Shown here: one piece after another, positions 13,929 to 27,930 of the stretch
Layout: the number at the start of each line of letters is the position of its first letter
Numbering within the stretch: position 1 is the first letter of the stretch
Source: Rotaria socialis
Lineage: Eukaryota
Assembly (NCBI GenBank): GCA_905331295.1
Contig: CAJNYD010000343.1
Location: 1 to 46,571 of the forward strand
Direction of reading: 5' to 3'
Length of the DNA stretch: 46,571 nucleotides
Position numbers and translations under genes: made by a program
Notes under the pieces: generated by a model
Told to the model about the DNA's origin: nothing
Databases searched by the model: none
Seen by the model: only the letters and a program-made list of their open reading frames with translations

Positions 13929-14377
13929 TTAGCGAAAAAATAAAACCACTATCAGTAAAATAATATTGATCAAGGAGGCATTCCGACTTACGGCTCGATT
14001 ACAATAATCTGTATCAGAACAACAATAACGGACACTGCTACCAACACCGGCTCCAGCTGTACATGTTCGACCACCAGCCATACGTTCTACATAAGTCGGA
14101 TAAACCACTTTCTAATCAATGCGCAATAAAACCTATAGAATGGAGCATAGAGATAATAACGTACCAAGCAATATGTATTTCCTGGAACCGGTAGGTCACC
14201 TGATGTAGACTCATCGTACGGATCATTGCATCCTGAATTACTCCAACCAACACAAGATATACAATTTATTCCATTTGTCCTTGGAATTAAGGCTAAGCGG
14301 ATTTTTATTTTGAGTTTTGTTTTATTGAAAAATATCTTACCAAATAGAAATATAGACCATGAAATCAAAAAACGCAT
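13929..14377 (-). CDS. GPI-anchored Ly6/uPAR (three-finger, quiver/sleepless-like) protein, 3 exons, 115 aa
   Basis: Exons 14377-14341, 14292-14165, 14111-13929; signal peptide, CISC...GCND...YCL|K...TC...YCCSDTDYCN, then hydrophobic tail LINIILLIVVLFFR*. Confidence 0.88.
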
Positions 14378-14656
14378 TGTTTCTTTCTGTCTATAATGCT
14401 TGTTGGATCATGCACTGGTGTGTCGCAAGTAAATAATTGAAAGATGAAATAATTGAATTTCATTCTTCTGTATTTAAGATCTACATGGAAATTGTAAGAT
14501 TTTTTTTTCTGATTTTTTTCTGTCCTTATTCGCATACTCTTCTACAAATAAAAATACCAAAAGCAAACTGTAAGACTTCTTTTCTTATCGGTTGACTATT
14601 GTACCCCTTTTTTGAACAAAAACACTCCACCATCTATATTCTATGAAAACTCAGAC

Positions 14657-14728
14657 AGAGATAGTTAGTACAAGAGAGAAAGAGAGATAGTTAGTACTAG
14701 AAAGAAAGAAAGATAGAGAGAGTTAGTA
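14657..14728. repeat. Short purine-rich tandem repeat (AGAGATAGTTAGTA unit, ~3 copies)
   Basis: AGAGATAGTTAGTAC twice plus degenerate GAGAGTTAGTA. Confidence 0.6.
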
Positions 14729-16575
14729 AACAGAACAATTCATGTTCCTTCGACCTGTGACAAGAGACATGAAGAGAAAACTGCATAGGAGAAGAATAGA
14801 AGTGATGATATGATCTCACGAAAAGGTGAAGATCATAACACAAACATCTTTCCTCATTTATTTGCAACCTAGAAGTACAAAGAATATTCTAGAATGATGA
14901 TTATAGCTATGACGTATCATCAGCAACAATAAATGAATAATCTCATGATTCTCTTCAGCTCCCGTAACATATGCGTATAATATGAACACATGTGTCTAAA
15001 TTTGTTTTGAAGTACATTATGCTATGCTGCTTTTTTAAATTGCATCTTATTGAAGATAGCTTCATGCAGGATTATTTATAGCACACCCGATATAAAACAG
15101 TATGCATACATTAGATACAAAATACTGCACGTCTTTTAACTTTTATAGTCGTGATATACAATGAAAGAAATTGGCTATCGGGCGGCATTGGCCTGAACAA
15201 GATAATGCTCTAGCACTTATATATTTCATTGATTGCTATAAAAGCGAAGATATATTATTGTTTTAATAAATTTCCGTTATAGAGATTTGAATATTGAATC
15301 TTAAGTTTTGAAACAATCTGCAACATTGTACATTCGATCATCTACAAGAAAATTTTCAATGAATAGTTTTCCTTGATATATATAAAAGAATTGCAATTAT
15401 CGATGTTTAGTGCTATCATCATCGTTACGATAAAGAGTGAGATTCATGAAATCAGTCAAATAGAAAAAATTACAAAGGGATAGCTTAGCTTTTTCCTAAC
15501 TTTCGCGTTTTTATGTACTTAGTGCAAACAAGTATTATTGAAAATACTAAATAAATAATATTCTCGACGATGACCCGCAAAAATAGAAGGAAGCAGTCGT
15601 GCAAACGTAGATACTTTATAAGAGCAAATGAAGGTTGAAGTTCGAAATGGGACTTGTTGTAAAATTAAAATAAACATAGAAAAGAATCTTGCAAAAAGTA
15701 ACAGTTTTGGTTTTAAAATGCAAATTCCACAGAGAATAATGCCATTGATTTCATGTACGTTGTCTTACTTCATGACAGATGGTTATTCCGTTGAATGTTA
15801 GAAAATATCGAAGCGTAAAAAAGAAAACGATCAATCGAATTGAAAATGAGTCACTTATGAAAATCACTTTTACGAACAATCATTGCTTGTAGTGGCCACG
15901 TAGCATTGTAAATTTAAACCCTCTTTTTTCTAATAGAGACATTTGAAAAGATTTCAATCTATTTGAAACCTTTTAAATGTTGAATATTTATAGTGAAGAA
16001 AAAAATAACTCGATAGGCTTCTCCAGTTCAAATCAAAAGATCTTGCTTAGTGACAAATATTAGTTGTGCGTTATTGCTCTTTCTTATAAAATCATTGAAA
16101 ACAAAATTCTGTCACTAGAGAACAAAATAGAAACCTTTGCATTATCAGTAAGAAGAACATAGTCAAAACAATTTCAATGTAAATATATAAGCAATATAAC
16201 AGACATTAACAATATCTTTTCAAACAGATTGGACTTCAAAACATTGGAATTAAAAACTTGTTAAACCATACTTTACAGAGTCCATCACCATTAATTATTA
16301 CTCATATAATAATGATTACCACATTCAGATGAATAATTATAATGCGAAAAAATTGACTTGAGTTTGGTCACTATAAGAATTTCTCTTTAAGTAATAATTA
16401 CTGTAAAAAAATACATACGAGATAAGGAAAATATTCAAATATGTATCAACATTTATGATTAACAGAAGACAACATTTCTTGTGTCTATCAATTCTAATGA
16501 GAGCTTTTGTGTACATATACGCCATTCGCTCACAGACAGAAAACAAAAAATATATAGTTACAACCTAAAAACTAT

Positions 16576-19500
16576 TCACGTTTGGGCATTAGGTAATGTT
16601 GATGCTTGCTTTTGTAGATTTTTGTATTCTTGCAAACCTTCACGAACAGCAGTTTGATTGTTTAACTTGGCTTTATAATCATCGCTCAATGGATTGACCG
16701 GTTTGTCTATAATATTGTCGCTAAAAACAAATAATAAGAAACATACAAAAAAGAAATTTATTGTTGAAAATATTAGCAAAAAAGAGTAAGTCATTAAAAG
16801 AACCATTTAGTAAAAGTGGATATGTGAGATTTTCATCTGGACCGATGTCTTATCACCTCATTTCTATTGAATTTTGCTCGAACAATTGAAGTCATATCAA
16901 TAAGATAGTATTTAGTAGTTGGATTATCTCTGTCCATTTGTAAAACATCAATAAAATTTACTATGATAAAATACTTACAAATCATAGATATTAAGTTTCA
17001 GAGTATGTAGTTAAAAACTAATAGGCCTATGTAAATACGTATAGTCGAATAGTAGACTTTAATAATACAAGTAAAAACACCTTAAGGAAATATACAGTGT
17101 ACAGACTTTGTCTCGGTCTTTTGTACATTTTTATATATTCGTCAACACTATTTGTCAATATTGAGTTTGTATGAGTTTTTCCTACATAGGAAATTACAAA
17201 AAAAGAGTTTAAAAAACTGCAAGGTGAACTTAAAGATATGGTCTATGAAGCGTAAAATGAGTTAGTCACAACTTTGAAAAAAACATTAGCAAGGTTTAAT
17301 CAACAATTGGTATTTTTGTTTGTAATTTTTTACGTGTATTATTAGTGTGCATTCTTTTACTATTCATATTGCATACAAGTTAATTATTTCTAACAATAAA
17401 CTATATTTTTATCGCATTTCTGATAGAGAGGCTAATATACATTAACGATGTAGTTTATTATACTATTTATAGAAGTGTCACTTTCAATTGGCGTTGAATT
17501 TAATTATTTAGGTATGGAATGAATACATTTCTCTTCAGAAGCATCAAGTCTTTCGCTGAATAAAAGAGCATGGGAATTGATGAGAATAGTTAAATGTAGA
17601 CTCAAGTTTCAAAGAAAAAGTGTTCATTCTATATTTGGATTGGTTTAAAACAAAATTAATAATATTTGACTAATATAAAACAAACAATTTTCTAGATACA
17701 CGAATATCTATTCAAGATTTGAGTTATTCAAGAGTTTAAAACTCACATAATATCGATGACCCAATCTCGAAAGAATGGTAAAAGCTGATCATCCATAGCA
17801 GGAAGTACAACGAGACGCTAGAAAATAAAGATATAAGAATGAATTTAATCGATAACTAAATATCTAACTTTTAATTCCGCTCTAACTTTAGCTGCGAGCA
17901 AATCTTGCAATAATATATAGGAATATTGTTTTGCACCGCATGTGGGTGTTACTTTGATATTCAGATCAGGCATGTCTGGAAATCCCACCCTGAAAAAATA
18001 TTTTCAACAATTATTTAAATGAAACAAAAAAAATATTTACCAAATTCGATCACTTGGTGGCGGAGGAATGTTAAGCTAAAATAGATTTTCATAGTAAAAC
18101 AAACAAAAGAAGAAGATCTTCGCGAGAATATAAAGCGGTTTACTAACCGTTAGAACACCACTAAAACTAGTTAGTTCGATGTCAATGCCAATGTCTTGCT
18201 GAGAAAATTTCTCGAATAATGTTTTTATAAATGGTAAATTCACAAACATTTGAAAATATTTGTTCATAACTAAACTAGTCAAAGCAGTACCAAGTTTGCG
18301 TGTTGTTGTTCTGGAATAAAACAAACATTTATTTCATTTCAATCTATTTGAATTCATGCTAATCTATAAAGTACTTTTCTGACACTGCAGGTTCTTCAGC
18401 TAAACGTTTTTGGTTTTGTATTAAGCTATCTGCATTAACTTGTTCATCATCTCGATGAATAGTTGAAGATGTTTTGTGTTGAGTCAATATTGATTTATCA
18501 TTGTTTGACTCATAATTGATCAATTTTTGTAGAGCAAGACGACTTTTTATTGATAATCTATATCGAATTATTAAGATAATATAAGATCAAATGCTTTTAA
18601 ACTATTCAAGAAACAATTTTCTAATTGCAATCAAGTATTTGAATTTTAACGTAAATGGCATAGAAATATTGTGTAAAGATAACTAAGGTTTTATTTTACA
18701 GAGAAAGCTATTAGAACATCCAAAACAAAACAAAACAATTTCTAATGTTCAACTTACTTGAAATGACCGCGATAATAGAGAAATAAATTGAACCAAATAC
18801 CTTGTGTATTCCATTGCATAGGTTCAATTTTCAATATAGTCGGAAATGAATTGCCTAAGTCAATAGATACAACACGAAGATTTTCAAGTATGGAAACCTG
18901 AGAAATAAATGAATCAACAAATATATTATTTTGAAATAATTTAGAGTTCTAGTCTACTATTTACAAATATGTACAACTAAAAACAGATGTTTTCGTTGTA
19001 AAAAAAACAGCTTTGAGCAACAAAACTCAACTTTTAATTGATAAATAAAAGATAACTTACAGCAATTTCTTTCAATTTCAGTTCAACTTTATTTTTTAAT
19101 AAATCTTTAAAAACCGGAGTATCAAACATATCACATAAAAGTCGACGTGTCATGAAATTGAGAGTAATTGCTGCTTCGTCTAAACATTCAGATGTTTGAA
19201 GAATTTTTTCTAAATTAGCTTCATTGCATGTTAAGTTTTTTGATTTTCTTGTAATCGTTCGATGTATTTCACTAGAATCTTTTTCTGTATTTTTGGATTC
19301 TTTCGCCTTGAATATCAAAATCAAAATCAAACAGAAATATTAATAGGCTAGAATGAAAATTCGCTCATGAAATTATTTATTGAACATACTTTCAATTTTG
19401 ATTGTAGTAGCTCTTCGGCATTGATTTGTGTTTCAATTATTGAAGAACGAATATAAGTTTCGTTAGTTGAATTCGAAATAAGTACTGCGTCAGCACATGT

Positions 19501-22500
19501 TTGAGTTTGACGACGATTTATATAGAAATTAGATGTTGACGATGATACACAATTGTTACTGGTTGTAAGAAGATATTTGAATCTTTCAATATCTTCTTTT
19601 CCTTTACTCAAAACTAAAGAGAGTCTAGAATAGACACACAAAAACAAACTATTTAGTATGTAGACTGCAGAAAAAGTATTGAAAAAAATGCTGACTTATG
19701 AAACCATTCTTCTTTTTGTGGACCAGTTTCGAACCAAATTGAGAGAATCGTTGCGTTATTGTTGAAAAAGTCGTTTGTGTCCAGTTTAGATTTTTCTAAT
19801 TGCTGCTTATTATAAATTTGTTTATCAAGAATTTGTAAACCTTTTATGACTATAGGATAATCGTTCATCCAATATTTACTACGTGTTAAAGTTGCTTCGG
19901 GTACGAGTATCATTCGAGCTTCTGAAATTTTATGAAAAAGAATTGATTTATGTGGAATTAATTATCTTTTTGGTTTTACTAATACTTGCCTTTAATCAGA
20001 TACTCTCGGCATCCAATAAACTTTATCTCTTTGTCGGATTTTTTTTCGTCACTCCAAGGTTTACTGGCAAGTTGAATAATAAGACGATATCCATCAAGAC
20101 GAACATCACACGGATAACGGACGAAGTCATCATCACGATCAGCATCATAGCTGTGAAAACTCAGGGAAGCACCGGTTACCTTAACGAAGAATTTCAATAA
20201 ATTTAGTTGACCAAACAATTTTCTTTGAGCAATTCGTTAGAATTGTGTTACAATATACTATGTTTTTCATATGTTCATATTTTATCAATCAAATAGGCAA
20301 GCAGCATATTCTCATCGTAAAATTCTCCTGACAGTAGGTAACAAAAGATTATTTTCTTTTACTGCAATTGATTTTCCAGAATATTATCTATGAATAGAGA
20401 GTTGTCTGCCACGTGGGACGGGATGGGGCGAATATTTTTAGAAAATTTTAAGCAGACAAGAAAGAATTGAAGTCTCTTTCAAGGTGATTCTATTATATGC
20501 TTACTATCTTTATCCATTAAAATTATATTTATTGGCGTAAGTGACCGCTTTCAAATTTTATTCTCATATTTTAAAACATTTTCGGTATATGTTGTTCAAT
20601 TTAGCAAAAATGTTTTTAAAAAACGAATACAAGCTTTTAAAAGCCATCTAAGACAACGACCTTAATCTTAATGGATAGCGATAGTATGCATATCATAGAA
20701 TCATATCGAAAGAGATTTTGATTCTTTCTTGTCTGCTTAAAATTTTCTAAAAATGTTCGTCCCATGATGGGGCGTCCCACGCGGAGAGCTCTGACTTGAA
20801 TGGTCCCTAAGAAGAAAAAGCATGAAAAAAATCTAAATTTACTTGTATATAAGTATTTTTGTCTTCTTTATCGACTTTAGTCAGCATAGAATCAAGTGCA
20901 GGAAAATCGATCCATTCTTCTACGACAGTTTCTTCAATTTTGGAATTCATAAACATTCGAAAACATATGTACAAGAGTGCTATAGCAAATAGACTGCCAA
21001 CCAAAAATCCAGAGAAAAACGGTGAAATCGGTTTCCATAATGTAATTGTCAGAGAAACGACGCCAACGACAATCTAATTAGAAAAATAATTTAATTGATG
21101 AATAGATTTCACAAATTATTTTCTTAATTTGTTTTTTGGCAAATTCAAAGATACAAAGGTTGTTCTGACAAAGTCATTTTATGCTTACCGAAATTGTATA
21201 AGTACCATCACTGTTTAATTTTAACTTTTTCTTTGGTATTGCTTTACTATTCAATCGAAATTTAGGCCCAGTTAGGAGCATAGCTGATCTTTTTACTGCA
21301 TCTGACTGTACAGTAACAATAGAAGATTTTACATTCATATCGACAGAATCGATTTTTGTAATAGAACGTTCTTTTACGCCAGCAACTGTATCTTTTGAAT
21401 TATCTGTGATTGTGGATATGTCCTGGGTTGAATCGAATTTTCTTCGTGAATTTGAAGATGTTATAATTGATGAATGAGCAGTACTACTTGAACTCAGTGA
21501 AGATGTCGAGCTTGTCGTTGTTGCACTTGATAAACTAGATGTATTGGAAACATTTGATTTAATACCACCAAAATCCATATTCAAATTGAAATGATCCACA
21601 GCATTAGCTGATGACGCAAGCGTTGACATTGATTCATTATCATCTTTAAAAAAAAAGATTACAAATGTAAAGGAAATCATTTCATCGTGTCTATATTTGG
21701 TAAGATATATCTCCAAAGAAGATCTTTTACATTTTTATGATATCTTTACACTCTAATGATCATTGTTCAGTACTACATATCGAAATACCACTATCCTGTA
21801 TTGTTCTTTTACTATGAAAATGACAGCGTTAGATCTATGGCAAAAAAGAAGTTTTTTTCAATGGGAACACGAAAGAGACATGATTATTATCATCTCATTC
21901 TTTTTGTGTTTCAATCTTCTTTAAACAAATTCCTATAAATTTGAAAGTTATCGAATATGTTAACTTCGTTCCGATAATTTCATTGGTAATTTACTTAAGA
22001 TAATTAAAATAACTCATTGAATACAACGGATCATTTCATTATCAATGTAAAAATATTCTATCAAATATTTATTATCTTCATTAAACTATACTTGGCACAC
22101 TCCGTGCTAATATGTGTCATCGATAAAAACTTGCATTTAGCTGCTCAGTTGAGATATTTACAATATTGAATTATTAGTTTATTTTATCTACTTACGATGT
22201 TTTTCTTAGTCTTCGTTGCGCATTATCAAGGAAATTCCAGATAATCAAATTTACTATTTCGTGAAAGCGAGTCGATCTCTATTCAATTAAAACATTTATA
22301 TTTTCTGGATTTATGAGAAATATGCGTGTACGAGTCTAACATGCACTTATCTCAACGAGATCTTTTTGGTATCTATTTGGCATTTGCCGTTCTATGCGAT
22401 GCGATCGGAAGAAAAATTACAGTATTTTTATTGTGAAATATTAAGAACACATGCGTTAGTATTTTATACTAAGGCTATTTTGCTTTTAAATTAGAAAAAA

Positions 22501-22810
22501 AACCGAAGAATACGATTATTACTACGCATACGTCTAAAGTTGCCAATTTATACTCACCAGACATGTTGGATAATTGTGTTGCATGTGTCATTATAGATGG
22601 AGCATCATCTTGCAATGTAAATGCGACATTACTCATAATAGCTCCGCTACTAGTTGAAAACATTGAGTTATGACGATCCGAAGAGATTGAACGACCTCGT
22701 TCTTTAACCGCTGCAGTTATGTCGCCTTTAATTGCTGAAATTTTATTTGACAATTTATCCAACATATTATGAGATGATTTAAAATGATGTTGCGAATCGT
22801 CCCTTCTCAT
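16576..22810 (-). CDS. TEX2: TEX2-like ER contact-site lipid transfer protein (Ser-rich N-terminus, TM hairpin, PH-like region, SMP domain)
   Basis: Start MRRDDSQ at 22810; Ser-rich exon 21645-21190; TM exon ~21074-20843; KEEWFH; SMP motifs IDLGNSFP, LNIPPPPSDRIW|VGF, RLVVLPAMDD; two candidate last exons (stops at 17484 or 16576). Confidence 0.88.
20396..20793. mobile_element. Intronic MITE with ~70-bp imperfect TIRs (hAT-like)
   Basis: CGTGGGACG...TTTTTAGAAAATTTTAAGCAGACAAGAAAGAAT mirrored at 20721-20793; degenerate TSD ending TGAAT on both sides. Confidence 0.75.
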
Positions 22811-24558
22811 TGTTTCCGTAGTATCGGTTCGTTTTTTTAGTATACAAACGAGATCAAGTATAAAATATGGCTTGCTTTTACATTTTTTTAGGAATGTTGA
22901 GCGTGTGATGAGTTGTTGTCGTCTAAAGAAGCAAAAGAAAAAGATAGAAAGAAAAAGAAAAAAAAGAATTATACTGCGGTACGAGAGGGCTGTTTCAACG
23001 CAAAAGAAACGAACAACTAACACGAGAAAGAATGAAGAAAAACTAGCGTCGTAAGAGTAAAAATGCGTACACTAGACAAAAAAAGAAAAAGAATAAGCAT
23101 GAGCACTCAGCAATAATAAAAGTAAAGAAGAAGCAAACGGGTCAGTAAATGATTGGCAATGAATACATGGCAAATATTTGTTGTAACATGTCAAAACATT
23201 TGATATCGACATAATTTCAGTCTTTGTATCCTATTCTAAATCGATGTTTGACACATATACGTAACAGTCTAATGTATTATAGAATCAATAAAAGTAGAAA
23301 TTCTTTGGAATATCATTGTATTAGAATCGCAGGATTGATGTTTTCATGTAACAATCTAATTGTTGAATTCTATAAAGATTCAAGAATCTATCTATTATGT
23401 TCGATGAGATTTTCACTGGGTTATATTATACGTACGGTTTTCAATGATCTTTTCGAATGATTCTAACAGATCTAGTGAAAATTCTATATCAATTCAGGAT
23501 ACAAAATTTAATGGAGCCTGCAAAGTTCCTTTATGCCTTCATCTGGTTTTTAAATGGTTTGTATAAAATTCGATAGAAATCATAAAATATCTGATCGTTT
23601 GAGTGTATGACATCGGAATATTTCTGATACCATCAGAATTCACGTGTCTCCTTAAAATCTCTATACTAGATCTTAAACAATATCATAAGATTTATTTTAA
23701 ATGTTCCAGACGTTCTCAAGATATTATAACGATCATTTCACTGTATTTCTTAAGACTATCTTATTGTAGAGATCTATGTGGCAAATTACATAGATTAAAG
23801 AAAAACTACAACGATAATTGTAAGACTTGAATATGAAGAATAAAAATAAATAAAAATAAATCTCATTTGTAAACTCGTTTGAGAAAGCTACTTCCTAGAA
23901 AAAAATTGAATAATTCAGATTTTGAAAGCAGCGTACTATCGTATGATTTGATCAATTAAATAATTCAAAATAGAAAACAAAATTATTACAGTAAGAGGAA
24001 TGTATGGTTGAATGTGATCTACAGAACGATTTAAATAAAACAAAGGTAAGTGCATAACTTCTGAAACGTAGGCTACTGTGTCTACAATAGAACAGAAGAA
24101 ATTATTTTTTCTTCGCCGATCGATGAAATCGAGGTATTCTACGATTCTATATAACATAACCAGCAACAAAACTTGTTTACTTTTATTAACAATTTCAAAC
24201 GATTTAATGCTGCTAATATAGTATTTAAAATAGTGTTCACTACATATTCATTCATCATATCAATCAAGCATACGTGGCACATCACTTCGAAACAGCTATG
24301 CAGAAGTTTATATTTATTAGTAGGAAAATCAATCATGTCATTGCTATTTTTTGAAGTTTTCCAATCACAATGAACTATAAGCAACCATTCAGTTAGTGTA
24401 GTGATTAAATATAAATCATGTTGTCAATTATCATACTTATTAGATAGTTTTTGTTTGAAAAAACAGATGAGAATTTTTTCTACTTTTCTTCTTGTTTGAA
24501 ATAAATATTATTTCACTTGCCGGTAGTTTATGACGTGTATTTGATTACATATTTAACT

Positions 24559-25306
24559 CAGGGTTGCCAGCTGTTCAGGTCCCAAATGGGGTACATTCGT
24601 GAGGTACGCAGTTTACATCTTTCACACGGGTCATCAGCGACGGAAGTCAATTTCGAAAACTGCTTTCAATCTGGAAAGAGCATTCTCAGTTTTTAGTTTT
24701 ACCATAGAGTCTAGCTTTCGAATTGAAATCTTGATATTCCAATATATGTTCGCAGTAAACTTTCATTGTGACATACATCTGTTCAATTCAATCATAACAA
24801 AGCAGTGCTTACTCAAAACGAAGCTTCTCGATTTATATTTACACTAACTGTTGCACGCTTTTTTTCAAAACTGTATTTTTGTTGCTTTTTGCCACACTTT
24901 ATCAGTTGCGGTTGTGTTTGAGCAAAAGAAAATAATCTTCACATTTCATAGTATTATTCAACCTGATTTTCAGTTCAGCAGCTATATTTTCATTCGCCAT
25001 CAAATTTCGACTGGCTATCCATGTGCTTTTCATATGATTAAAAACGCCTTCCACAAATCCATTCGAGCAAGAAATTGAGTACACATAAGAAATAATTTTT
25101 GTGCATTTCAAATTGAGGCTTGACACCTTTATCAATACTAGTAAATGTCGTATAAAGAGACAGAAATTTTCTGAATTTCAACCAAAATATAGATGATAGT
25201 GACCGTAACATTCAAAAATGAAGATGAGGTACAAAAATGCGTACCTCAGGGGTACAATATTTTTTGAGGTACAAAAGGCTCAAATGGGGTACGGCTAGCA
25301 ACCCTG
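24559..25306 (-). mobile_element. Internally deleted hAT transposon retaining a C-terminal dimerisation-domain remnant
   Basis: TIRs CAGGGTTGCCAGCTGT / ACGGCTAGCAACCCTG; subterminal (G/A)GGTAC repeats; ORF 25135-24902 SISCSNGFVEGVFNHMKSTWIASRNLM...AELKIRLN resembles the hATC motif; TSD degenerate. Confidence 0.8.
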
Positions 25307-26659
25307 AATTAGACATTCCTCACGAGTAAATTGAATTAAAAAAGTTCTCGAATCTAAAATCTTTTTAAAATTCATTTGACTTCTCTTTCGGCCGAACATG
25401 AATAAGATGTAAATATGGATGAAACGTGCTGAAAGTCGTTTATCAATACCTCTTGTTTCTTTCTAGTAAAATTATCACAAGTCCAGCCAGAAGTTTATAC
25501 TTGTACCATTGAATTTCGCTACATTGAAATTTGATAGGAAATTTATCATAAAATTTATAATTGTTTTTATTGGCACTTATAATGTTGCATATACAGTCTG
25601 GACAAAAATATTATCTTTTGCTATAACATAAAATAGATTTGCATTTTATGAAAGTCAGAAATCATTGAAAATCTTGTCACATTAATAGATATAAATGCTT
25701 TTTACTAGTGCTTTAAAGCTTTCATTAGTATGTTCTGATCGATCGATTTTCCATGATATCATATATATATATATATATATATGCATCAATGTGAAAACTA
25801 TCCGCAAACGTGAGAGATGAGTGGATTTAACAGTAGTTGCATCGTTGACATCTTCAAATACAAGTAGACGATGGTCACTATTTAACAATGAAATGAATAT
25901 TTTCGTGTCCTGTACTAGATAAATCCCCAAAAGGTACACTTTAATAATAGTATGTACTTCTTTATATATAATTGTAAAGAATGACATTGTTAACTGTAGC
26001 TTCTATCTTGATTTTTCCATTGAGATGAACATCTTTGGTTCTTGAAAAGCAGTTAAAGCCATTGAAAAAATAGAAGAGTTCTAGTCAATATTGATGACAT
26101 CTAGATTCATAGGATAAACAAAAATTGTGAATATTTTAACATGTATACGAGACAACAAGAAAAAAAGTCAAACTTCGAAACCATTTCAAGTATGCGTTGT
26201 AGATAAGTTTTGGTATTTCGTAATATATCTACTTCAATGGAAGCGATTATGAGTTCTATAAAAGTTCTCTCGTCACGTGTGTTTAGGGAAGAGAAATTTT
26301 TGGTGTTATAATATTCAACGAAAAGAAAAAAAACATAAATAATTCTTCATTTCATAAAAAAACAAGGAAATTTTATTATTCGTCATCTGAATACCATGAG
26401 ATACAACATCTTTTTGTTTTGAAAAAGAGCAAATTTAATGAAATCTTCTTTTATTCTAGCTTCGAATATCAATGTATTGTAAGATGTCTTTTATCGAATT
26501 CTGAAAATGATATTGACAAAACTGGTGATTCATGATCACTTATTTTAATTGTTGTTTTTATTAATGAGTTTCTTATGATGTATAACTACTCAAATTTACT
26601 TTTTTTTATCTTTGAGTAGACTTATTCTTTTTGTTTCGATGTCCATTGATTCATCTGTA

Positions 26660-26991
26660 CCCTAGTCAACTCTCCCTAGAAGAATCCCCAGGGAGTCCCC
26701 TGACAAATCCCCGGTGACTCACGACAGGGAGTCCCTAGGGATTTCGTTCTTTTGCGGGGACTCCCTGGGGACTCCCCGGGGAGTTATCTGGTCAAAATCG
26801 ATGAAATATCTAATTACTCATAAATTCTTCTTAATTTTTTAAAAATTAAAAAAATTAAAAAGTTTTTTTTTTATTTTAAAAATTTTTATCAATTCTCCCC
26901 AGAGAAATCCCCGGGGAGTCCCCCAAATAAAAAGTCCCCGGGGACTCACGACAGGGACTCCCCAGGGATTTCGTTATTTTACGGGGACTCC
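26660..26991. mobile_element. CCCTAG-terminal element with GGGGA(C/G)TCCCC motifs, truncated by gap
   Basis: Begins CCCTAGTCAAC; ~57-bp internal direct repeat 26708-26764 vs 26935-26991; ends at N 26992. Confidence 0.65.
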
Positions 26992-26992
26992 N

Positions 26993-27034
26993 ATAGGTAT
27001 ACGGCCGTTTACGGCTCAGGTTGATCGACCTGGG
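26993..27034. mobile_element. Terminal fragment of TACGGCCG-family CCCAGG MITE
   Basis: GTTGATCGACCTGGG is the exact reverse complement of the terminus at 642-656. Confidence 0.8.
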
Positions 27035-27184
27035 GGTAGGCTCTGATCATAGAAAGTTATTCTTAGAATAAAGATCATTCCAAGAATGAAACAATGCGCA
27101 TTATCACTGTAAGTACTTCAGGTAATTGGGGTGTGGGTGCTGGTGCTGGTGCCATTGGTAACAGATACCCACACCCACACCCTC

Positions 27185-27930
27185 AAGTTGCATCGGGAAG
27201 TTTTTCTATGGCAAATTCTGCACTTCTGCTTCCCAGAATCGAAAAGTAAAATGAGAGAGAATGTTAAAAATAATTTGTTTCAACCTGTCCATGTAACCAT
27301 TTTTCAGTTTTCAGCACGGTTCTGAGCGTTTCGAGTAAGAGGATCTGACGCATTCATACGCGTCCCAAAGACCCATGTAAAAAAATCTGATTAAAACTTA
27401 GCACAGTAATGATTATTGTTCACTTACAACGACACTATTATAATCTGATTTTAATCAAACGTTTCAGCTTGAAAAGAGAAACTATTTTTGATTTCGATTA
27501 TTTTTCAAGTCTATTTGAATTTACTATCTATCATATTGCAGATAAACAATTACAATAGATTTTAAAATAATCGAAATCAAAAATAATTTCTCTTTTCAAG
27601 CTGAAAATTTTGATTTCAGTCAGATTACAGTAGTGTCATCTTTAACTAATTAATAATCATTATTTTGTTATATTGTAATCAAATATGTTTACATGCATGC
27701 AACATTCGCGGGTGTTCAAACGCTTTTGAATTAAGGAAATGCATCTGTATACGTTTAAATTATGAGAGCATCACAACTTGTTTGTTTATATATAAAGATG
27801 GATTTCAATGGGTCCAAAATGTAACATTTTCAAACCTAAATATGCGTTCAGACATCTGAATATGTCTAGATGCGTTCAATTTATTCTCAAAAAATTTTCG
27901 AACCGATGCATCACAATGAACCATGGTGTA
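27185..27930. mobile_element. Large degenerate foldback element; outer boundaries approximate
   Basis: Core inverted repeat 27431-27520 vs 27549-27638 (TTTCAGCTTGAAAAGAGAAA/TTTCTCTTTTCAAGCTGAAA); weaker symmetry out to TGCATCGG/CCGATGCA. Confidence 0.55.

Noticed and set aside
19883..20200. Plus-strand hydrophobic 105-aa ORF
   Set aside because: Antisense shadow of TEX2 exons and intron
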